From the NCBI GenBank assembly GCA_963758525.1, contig CAVWVQ010000003.1, forward strand, positions 160,001 to 224,000: a stretch of 64,000 nt of DNA. The letters run 5' to 3'. Positions 56,931 through 64,000 of the stretch are shown here, in pieces (position 1 is the first letter of the stretch; each line of letters begins with the position of its first letter). A program made the position numbers and the translations under genes. Below the pieces are notes generated by a model. It was given only the letters and a program-made list of their open reading frames with translations, ran no database searches and was not told the DNA's origin. The DNA comes from an uncultured Phycisphaerales bacterium (GTDB taxonomy: Bacteria > Planctomycetota > Phycisphaerae > Tepidisphaerales > Tepidisphaeraceae).

Positions 56931-57374
56931 GTAGGGTCCGCTCGGCGGCGAAAGGTGGATGTGCTTGCAAAACGCTGCTCGTCGCGCGTGCGGACCAACT
57001 CGGGGGTTAAACGGCCGCTGCCGGTGCTACTCACGGGGCTTGGATGCGCGACGAATAACGATATGCGGCGCTGGTCTTCTACGCCTCGGAGGAATGGTCC
57101 GCACGGCGGCATGGCGTCCTTCGACTAGCCCAAGTGTTCGTTGCCGCCGAGCGGACCCTACGCGGCTAAAGGATGGGTATCCTTGCAAATGGCCCTCGCC
57201 GCCGTGCGGACCAATCCTCGGGGGTTAGTCGGCCGTGCGAGCGCATCTCGGGGTGGACGGCGCGACGAATAACGATATGCGGCGCTGGTACTCGACGATC
57301 GCGGAGGAATGGTCCGCGCGGCGGCATGCCGTCGTTCGGCTATAGTTCAACTGTCGTCGCCGCCGAGCGGACCC
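56931..57374. repeat. Expanded GTAG-class REP palindrome plus a degenerate tandem copy
   Basis: GTAGGGTCCGCTCGGCGGC (56931) ... GCCGCCGAGCGGACCCTAC (57161); inner GTGCGGACC/GGTCCGCAC; second copy about 57170-57374 shares gcgcgacgaataacgatatgcggcgctggt. Confidence 0.8.
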
Positions 57375-57593
57375 AGCGCCGAACCGTGATGGATTACATG
57401 AAATGACAAGACGGAATGCGAAATGGCTGGCGGTGTGGATCATAAGCGTGCTCGTCGCACACGCTATTCTTGTGGTGAGGCAGACGATATGCACCTACAG
57501 GAGGAAGCCTGCGGGCCAAAGATAAAAGCGTCTTGGTACTTGCAGCCTTCCTGGCATGGCGAAAAGTTTCCGACATCTTGCCACTTGTGATAG

Positions 57594-58871
57594 TTACCTT
57601 GGTCTGCGGTGCTGCAAGCGCCTCGATGGTGGCAGTACTATTCTTCGTTCTGCCGAGCGTGATCTTCGCTCCAGAGGCACCCTGAAACACATGGCCGCTG
57701 GTCCTAGAAGGGCAGTTTTAGTGCGAGGGAAATAGTTCTCGTAGTTGCCGCGGATTTCCGTCATCGAATCGCCGCCGAACTTTTCCAAAAATGCTCGGGC
57801 GATCTCGAAGGCAATCACGTTTTCCATCACCACCGACGCGGCGCTGATCGCGGAGATGTCCGATCGCTCCCAACCGGCTTCGGAGGGGGCTTTGGTGTTG
57901 AGATCGACGCTCTTGAGCGGTTTCCCGAGCGTGCTGATCGGCTTCATCGCGCCGCGGACCACAACGGGTTTCCCGTTGGTCATCCCGCCCTCGAGGCCGC
58001 CGGCGTTGTTGCTGCCGCGGGTGAAGCCGAGGGATGCGGTTTGCTTCGCAACGGGATCGAAGGCAATTTCGTCGTGCACTTTGGAGCCGGGGAGGCGCAC
58101 CGCTTCGAAACCAAGACCGATCTCCACGCCCTTAAACGCCTGGATGCCGACGACCGCGGCGGCGATGCGCGAATCGAGCCGGCCGTCCCACGTCATGCAG
58201 GACCCCAGGCCGATCGGGCAGCCGAAGACATGAGCTTCGACGATCCCGCCGGCGGTGTCCTTGGCCAGTTTCTGATCGTTGATGAAATCCCGCATCGCCT
58301 GCCCGGCGGTTTCGTCGGGGCAGTAAACATCCGATGCGTCGCGCTTGGCGAGCAATTCGCGCCAGTTGGATTCTGTGACAACGGTCGGGGCCAGCGCCAA
58401 GCCAACGGCGCGGACAAAGCCAAACACTTCGATGCCAAACTCGCGCAGCAGACAACGGGCCACGGCCCCCGCCGCCACGCGCACCGCGGTTTCGCGGGCG
58501 CTCGCGCGCTCCAGCGTTTCCCGGCAGTCTGTCGTGAGCCACTTGACGGACCCGGCCAGGTCCGCGTGACCGGGGCGCGGGCGGTGCAGCGCCGGAGTGG
58601 CGGACGGGTCGTCGAGCCGGGAATCTTTGTTGGGGATGAGCAGCGCGATCGGCGAGCCGATCGAATGCCCCAACCGAACGCCGGTGAGCAACTCGGCGTG
58701 GTCAGTCTCGATCTTTTGACGCCCGCCCCGGCCATAACCCCCCTGCCGACGGCGCAATTCGCCATCGACAAACGCCTGATCCAACGGAACGCCCGCGGGC
58801 ATTCCTTCGATGAGCGCGATCAGCGCTTTGCCGTGCGATTCACCGGCGGTGCGATAAGTCAGGTAGCCCAT
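57594..58871 (-). CDS. aroC: Chorismate synthase
   Basis: TAGESHG, RRQGGYGRG, RPGHADL, ERASARETA, NNAGGLEGG, MKPISTL; the last ~45 aa look atypical. Confidence 0.97.
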   Translation of the reverse strand: MGYLTYRTAGESHGKALIALIEGMPAGVPLDQAFVDGELRRRQGGYGRGGRQKIETDHAELLTGVRLGHSIGSPIALLIPNKDSRLDDPSATPALHRPRPGHADLAGSVKWLTTDCRETLERASARETAVRVAAGAVARCLLREFGIEVFGFVRAVGLALAPTVVTESNWRELLAKRDASDVYCPDETAGQAMRDFINDQKLAKDTAGGIVEAHVFGCPIGLGSCMTWDGRLDSRIAAAVVGIQAFKGVEIGLGFEAVRLPGSKVHDEIAFDPVAKQTASLGFTRGSNNAGGLEGGMTNGKPVVVRGAMKPISTLGKPLKSVDLNTKAPSEAGWERSDISAISAASVVMENVIAFEIARAFLEKFGGDSMTEIRGNYENYFPRTKTALLGPAAMCFRVPLERRSRSAERRIVLPPSRRLQHRRPR

Positions 58872-58969
58872 TCGTCACATCGTAACTGAAAAGCGGCCGG
58901 GATTCAGGGGAGCAGTGTTCAGACCGCACCCGATCCTGACAGCGCCAAATCCGCTACTGATGTTCAGGC

Positions 58970-59346
58970 TCAATATGCTTGTAGAGCTCGAAGCCTGGGG
59001 AATATCGCGAAGTGCTTCAAATTCTGAGTGACAACGACTGAGCAGCGGTCGCCGCGATCTGGCAATCCGGCCAGTTCACACCGTTCGACAGATGATACCG
59101 CCGGTAGAGATTAAGGGCTTGCAGCCCGTCGGATTCGTCGGGACATATGATTTGCATTGAGCCAAGAAACGAATCAATTATCCTTTGCTCACGCTTATCG
59201 CGCGCCCCGGCGAGGAGTTCGGCCGCCACCATAACGTGCGTCGCAAGCGACCCCTTTGTAGACTCAGAAACCAAGAATGCTGTTGCCTTCGTGTGACCTC
59301 GCAGCCAGTCAATGAGGATGGAGCTGTCGAGCAATCCGCTGCTCAT
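58970..59346 (-). CDS. VapC-like PIN toxin (frameshift near 59035)
   Basis: LLDSSILID, AELLAG, DCQIAATA; C-terminal VTQNLKHF lies in another frame. Confidence 0.8.
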
Positions 59347-59577
59347 CTACTCGTCCACCCGGCTCATCAATTTTCTGCGCAGCACTCTGGAGGCCTCCAC
59401 AGCATCATCCGGAAGATCGGTCCGATCTTTCCATATTCCTGCGGCAGGATGATCGGCCATGCTACTGCCGCCAGCAACGGATGACTCGACTGGCGTCACC
59501 AACACAATCGTTCCTTCTTCGGGCTTGATGCCATCAAGAACAACCACCCCATTGCTGACGATTCCACGGTAAGTCAT
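59347..59577 (-). CDS. Probable antitoxin
   Basis: MTYRGIVSNGVVVL...PEEGTIV; GIWKDRTD; abuts the PIN gene. Confidence 0.7.
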   Translation of the reverse strand: MTYRGIVSNGVVVLDGIKPEEGTIVLVTPVESSVAGGSSMADHPAAGIWKDRTDLPDDAVEASRVLRRKLMSRVDE

Positions 59578-59690
59578 GAAATACCACCACAACACTGACA
59601 CAACAGATCTATTATAACGGTGTACCGTTGTCGGTCCAACCGCGATTCAGGAGTGTGTCTTGCATCGCCACGCTGTGTTCCAGCGAAACT

Positions 59691-60237
59691 TTAAAACTGC
59701 TGCGTCGGGTCCGGCACCACCACGACTTTTTCCAGCAGCACGTAATTGCGGCCGCGGTACTCTGTCACCATTCCCGTGACGCGAAAGCGCAGATCGCGGT
59801 TGGCGCTGGTGACGGCGTTTTCCATGGCCATCAGCTTGAGATTCGGAAGAATCAGAACCGGCGGGTCTTTCATCGTCTTGCCGTCAGAATCAAACGTGAA
59901 TTCCGCTTGCGAGCCGTCGCTGGTGCGGTTCAGCCGGCCCACGCGATCGACCAGATACGACCCTTCGCGCAGCACGTTGAGGGTGGGAGCGCCGGGCGCT
60001 GACGGCGCCAGAGCCGCTGCGCGTGTCGACCGCGGGCCCGTCGGGCGTGGGTTGCAGCGGGCGCGCCGCCGAGGGACTGGGCCGGAGCATCCGGCTCAGC
60101 ATCTGCTCGGCCGTGAGCGAGCGAACCGCCGGCGCGGTGGTAGCCTGCGTTGCCGGCGCCGTGGAGGCAGGCCCGTCGTCACCGGCGGCATATGCACACA
60201 CACAACAAAGTGACGCGAAAATGACGGCGGTTTTCAT
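59691..60237 (-). CDS. Secreted hypothetical protein (frameshift near 60000)
   Basis: Signal peptide + PATQATTAP linker; continues as LREGSYLVDRVGRL...VTEYRGRNYVLL. Confidence 0.7.
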
Positions 60238-60324
60238 GAGGTCGCTCCAGCAAATGTCAGCCGGGTCTTCATCGGCATCGCAACGCCGCTGCACGCATTC
60301 CCAGGCCGCGGGTCCAATAAAAAA

Positions 60325-61209
60325 TCACTCGTGCTCATTGTACCGCGGACCGGCAGCCCAATTGAGCTTTTCCGCAAGACTTCGCCATTCCCGCGCATCG
60401 GGATCCTCAACCAGCAGAGCGTCGTACTTCCCCCGGCGAACCACGACGATGTCCCCCTTGCACAATTTCGCCATCGCCTGCCCATCGCAGAAAAGCGTCG
60501 TTCCTTCGTTCACCCGCGACGCGATGATGCGCACCGTCGTCTTGGATGAAACAACGACCGGCCGAAACGAAAGGCTGTGCGGGCAGATGGGCGTGATGCA
60601 GAACGCCTCCACATCGGCGTTAATGATCGGTCCGCCCGCCGACACGTTGTAGGCGGTCGATCCGCTGGAGGTGGAGACAATCACCCCGTCCCCGAAATAG
60701 CGGACGCCTCCCTCGCTGTCGGCGGAAATCTCCAGCTCAACCATATGAAACGGCGGGCCGGCCGTGATCACCGCGTCGTTCAGAGCCGTGGCGCTGAAGC
60801 TGGCACACCTGCAGGAAGCCTCGTGTTGATGCCGGTCATAATGCGAGCCGGGCGGAAGCACGGTGGCTTCAAGCATCTGCCGGCGCCGGACCGGCAACCC
60901 CTCGCGAAGATACCGCTCGAGGTACGAGCGGAAATTATCCGGCGTGAAGCTCGATAGAAATCCGAGCCGCCCGAAGTTGACGCCCATCAACGGAACCGGC
61001 TTGCCCGCCAATCGACGGGCGACGGAAAGCAGGGTCCCATCCCCTCCGAGAATCAGAATCAGATCGGCCGGGACCGCTGCGAGATCGAGCAGCCCGTCTT
61101 CCTCAACGCCGACCAGTTGGGCAACTTCCTTGAGGCGCGGAAGGAGTGCCTCCAGCGCAGGGCGCACCCGGGGCTTGTCCACATTGGCAACGACAAAGAC
61201 GCGTTTCAT
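60325..61209 (-). CDS. nadK: NAD(+) kinase
   Basis: LGGDGTLL, GVNFGRLGFL, LNDAVI, GDGVIVST..GSTAYNVSAGGP. Confidence 0.97.
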   Translation of the reverse strand: MKRVFVVANVDKPRVRPALEALLPRLKEVAQLVGVEEDGLLDLAAVPADLILILGGDGTLLSVARRLAGKPVPLMGVNFGRLGFLSSFTPDNFRSYLERYLREGLPVRRRQMLEATVLPPGSHYDRHQHEASCRCASFSATALNDAVITAGPPFHMVELEISADSEGGVRYFGDGVIVSTSSGSTAYNVSAGGPIINADVEAFCITPICPHSLSFRPVVVSSKTTVRIIASRVNEGTTLFCDGQAMAKLCKGDIVVVRRGKYDALLVEDPDAREWRSLAEKLNWAAGPRYNEHE

Positions 61210-61336
61210 TCCGGGCGGATTCTAAAATAAGCCGGAAGAAAGGGATATAGCCACGTCGGGAAGCGACGCAGGTTGCTGGTGACTGGTGACTGGAACGTGA
61301 GCTCCTTCTGCTTCGATCGAGGCAGCAATTGCAAAT

Positions 61337-61803
61337 TTGGGCGCGCTGGGCCAAAGCATCCAGTCTCAGGGCTCCCCGCCAACGGACGCACAGCTCGATC
61401 AGATCATCGCCGACGTGCAGAAGGCCTATCAGGCATACGATACTTATGCTGCGCAACAGGCGGCCACGCTCCACGCGGCGGGGGAATACATGCGTTCGGT
61501 GTATTTTACGACGGACGCCAAGGTTGAGGTGCTCAACGCGATCAATGCACTGCCGGTCCACCCATTCGGACTCCTTGGAAACAATGTGGAATACCTGACC
61601 CTGAACACGGCCCTCAACGATTTCGCGAATGGGGCCAGCGTGTTGGTTGGTCAGGCGAACAAGGTAGTCCGCGGCGCCGAAATCGCGCACACGACCGCCG
61701 AGGTTGCACTGTTCGCGGGCGGCGTCGCCTCGCTCGGCGCAACAACACTGGCCGCATACGCCGCCGACGGCGCGAACGTTGCGGCAGGAAAGCTGATTTC
61801 GGC
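61337..61803 (+). pseudogene. Ala/Gly-rich fragment of a larger protein, truncated by the transposase-end copy
   Basis: No clear SD or start; joins the duplicated transposase 3' end at GGTCGAG. Confidence 0.45.
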
Positions 61804-62088
61804 GGTCGAGCCTGGGCTGCCAGAAAGAGCTGGCGAGACAACTGCTCGACGATTGGCCGATCGACCGCCCGCGGAACTGGACGGCGCTGGTGAACGAGCC
61901 GATGGATCCGGCCGCCGTGAAACGGGTGGCATTTAGCTTCGAGCGTGGCCGGCCGTTGGGAAGCGATCCCTGGACCCTGAAAATGGCGGGCCGGATGGGG
62001 CTGCAGTACACTCTGAATCCGAGAGGCAGGCCGAAGATGCCGGAAAAAGGCAAATAAAAACGGTGGATGTCACCTTAACAGCTTCCCT
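61804..62088 (+). mobile_element. Partial copy of the Y1 transposase 3' end with its right inverted repeat
   Basis: Near-identical to 63423-63708. Confidence 0.9.
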
Positions 62089-62178
62089 TGCCCAGACACA
62101 AGAACCAAGTTGGACTTGGTACTGGGAAGCAGCATCATTTCAGAAGGTTACTAATTTCTGAATTCTGATGGCCCAGTT

Positions 62179-62874
62179 ATGATGAACCTGTTCACGTTGC
62201 GCATCCACCGAAGATTTGTCATTATGGCTTTGATCCACTGCGCACCCTTAGTGGGAATACTTAGCATTGGCGAAAAAAGCGACTTTTGTGTAATGAGGAT
62301 GCATTTTCGAGCCCTTGGCTTCTATGGTATAGAATGCGCCCACAAAGAAGTGCTAGTGTGTCGGGGTAGTAACGTGCCAATGAGTGTGGACGCGCCAGAG
62401 GCCGCCGGCTATGCAGAGATCCCATATGCGACGGGTCCTTCAAACTTCGATTGTATGGTAGCGCGGCACTTTTATAATCCATGGGAGTTGGAATATTCGG
62501 GACCAGAGATGGAGGGGCGGCGTTATCCGGTTCTCGCGACTTCGGTCAGCAGACAGAAGTTGCTCGCCACTATTACGCAGGCACAACGCCGCGAAATAAT
62601 TACTCAGTGCTGGCACGGCTTTGGGTTGCAACGCACCACGGACGGCACCGAGTCATGGTTGTGCGTTGTGACGCCGCTCTGGCCAATCACTACGTTGGCA
62701 GCGGTCGTGTCTGCCGGCGGGTGGGTGCCGCTCATCGCGCGCTATTCTTTACGCCGCCGGCGCGTCCGAGCGGGGCTTTGCCCTAGGTGTGGGTACGACC
62801 TTCGTGCAACACCATTTTGCTGTCCGGAGTGCGGGAAGCTGGGTGCCACTGCAGAGCCGAAACTGTTAACGTGA
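62179..62874 (+). CDS. Membrane protein with C-terminal zinc ribbon, lower GC
   Basis: PLWPITTLAAV...RRRRVRAGLCPRCGYDLRATPFCCPECG. Confidence 0.75.
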   Translation: MMNLFTLRIHRRFVIMALIHCAPLVGILSIGEKSDFCVMRMHFRALGFYGIECAHKEVLVCRGSNVPMSVDAPEAAGYAEIPYATGPSNFDCMVARHFYNPWELEYSGPEMEGRRYPVLATSVSRQKLLATITQAQRREIITQCWHGFGLQRTTDGTESWLCVVTPLWPITTLAAVVSAGGWVPLIARYSLRRRRVRAGLCPRCGYDLRATPFCCPECGKLGATAEPKLLT

Positions 62875-62945
62875 CAATGCTCGAAGCCGGCACGACGTAT
62901 TACTATCAGGTCGAGGCGACCAACGATGCCGGGAACTTGGAGAAG

Positions 62946-63702
62946 GCTGTTAAGGTGACATCCATCTTTGTTGACGCTGTCCTCGACCGGTATATCATGC
63001 AACTATGCCCCGCACGTCCCGCGCAGCTGTCGGCGGTCTTGTCTACCACGTTCTCAATCGCGGCAACGGCCGGCTGGAGATCTTCCGCAAGCCGGGAGAC
63101 TTCCTGGCGTTTTGCGATCTGATGGTCGACGCCAAGGAACGGGCCGAGGTCGAAGTGTTCGGCTTCTGCCTGATGTCCAACCACTGGCACATGGTGGTGC
63201 GGCCGCGTCGGGATCAGGATCTGGCGAGGTACTTCTCCTGGCTGACCAATACGCACGTGAAGCGGTACCGTGCTCATTATCGTCGGACCAGCGGCCATCT
63301 CTATCAGGGTCGCTACAAGAGCTTCGTTGTCCAGGAAGATGGGCATTTGCTGACACTGCTGCGTTATGTGGAAGCCAATCCATTGCGGGCGAAGATGGTG
63401 GAGCGGGCGCAGGACTGGCACTGGTCGAGCCTGGGCTGCCAGAAAGAGCTGGCGAGAACAACTGCTCGACGATTGGCCGATCGACCGCCCGCGGAACTGG
63501 ACGGCGCTGGTGAACGAGCCGATGGATCCGGCCGCCGTGAAACGGGTGGCACTCAGCTTCGAGCGTGGCCGGCCGTTGGGAAGCGATCCCTGGACCCTGA
63601 AAATGGCCGGCCGGATGGGGCTGCAGTACACTCTGAATCCGAGAGGCAGGCCGAAGATGCCGGGAAAAGGCAAATAAAAACGGTGGATGTCACCTTAACA
63701 GC
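62946..63702 (+). mobile_element. Y1 (HUH)/RAYT-like transposase element bounded by 19-bp inverted repeats; CDS 63005-63677 with +1 frameshift near 63457
   Basis: YHVLNRGN, CLMSNHWH, GHLYQGRYKS, YVEANPLRA, WHWSS; GCTGTTAAGGTGACATCCA 62946-62964 and its reverse complement 63684-63702. Confidence 0.88.
62971..62998 (+). promoter_or_regulatory. Sigma70-like promoter of the transposase, probably giving a leaderless mRNA
   Basis: TTGACG-N16-TATCAT-N6-ATG(63005); no SD. Confidence 0.55.
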
Positions 63703-64000
63703 TTCCCTGATGTCTATAAAGACTACATCCAACTCGCTGATCTGATCGAAAAGAACAAGCCGTTGGAGCCCATGGCGCTCTCAACTTCAGACACGCTATC
63801 AAAAGAGATACACTTTTTCTGGGATAGTCAATCCGGCGGAATTCCGATCAACAAACAGATTGGGTTGAAAGTTACGATCGATAAGCACCAGTACGACGCC
63901 ACCACCAGCTTCGGGGTAGCTTGGGGAACCACTATGCGAAAATGCAGATCTGTGCGGGTAGCTTTCATCGCGTTATCGGTGGCGCTCACTGCTTGCCTCG

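Noticed and set aside
56931..57374. CRISPR array or group II intron remnant
   Set aside because: Only two ~220-nt degenerate units with REP-like GTAG palindromes; no reverse transcriptase or domain V motif seen.
57403..57685. Small membrane gene on the + strand overlapping the aroC tail
   Set aside because: Two short hydrophobic frames need a frameshift to join and match no family I recognise; too weak to call.
26656..63677. Programmed ribosomal frameshifting in the split genes
   Set aside because: No consistent slippery sequences, and the breaks affect unrelated genes; assembly indels are more parsimonious.

Overview
GC-rich bacterial chromosomal segment. Gene content suggests Planctomycetota, most likely Phycisphaerae/Tepidisphaerales (inference from DUF4159 and PQQ-like propeller proteins, the long SecA, and CPxCGY(D/N)L...CPECG zinc-ribbon membrane proteins). 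Core genes: mtnB/D/C, trpF, rhaB, secA, glgP, ppk2, aroC, nadK, a GH106 rhamnosidase and a CAT-anticodon tRNA. About 13 genes carry single frameshifts, which most likely reflects long-read assembly error. Main observations: (1) after the tRNA, a RiPP-like cluster with no lasso cyclase or protease, whose PqqD/RRE protein carries its own YxxPxL leader-like tail, next to a GT2-HPr-kinase-like fusion, five more glycosyltransferases, two NTP_transf_5 nucleotidyltransferases and an ABC exporter; (2) a secreted uORF ending in FRLPPP upstream of secA, whose 3' end can pair with the secA Shine-Dalgarno as in secM-secA; (3) two PilB/GspE-type proteins with degenerate catalytic motifs, one in a pilMNO-kinase-HD-GYP-STAS-MshEN operon; (4) a Y1/RAYT transposase with perfect 19-bp inverted ends, partly duplicated, among headless gene fragments; (5) three toxin-antitoxin pairs, including a Panacea antitoxin with a MazF-like partner; (6) several REP and short tandem-repeat families. 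All family assignments come from motif recognition by eye; no database search was run.
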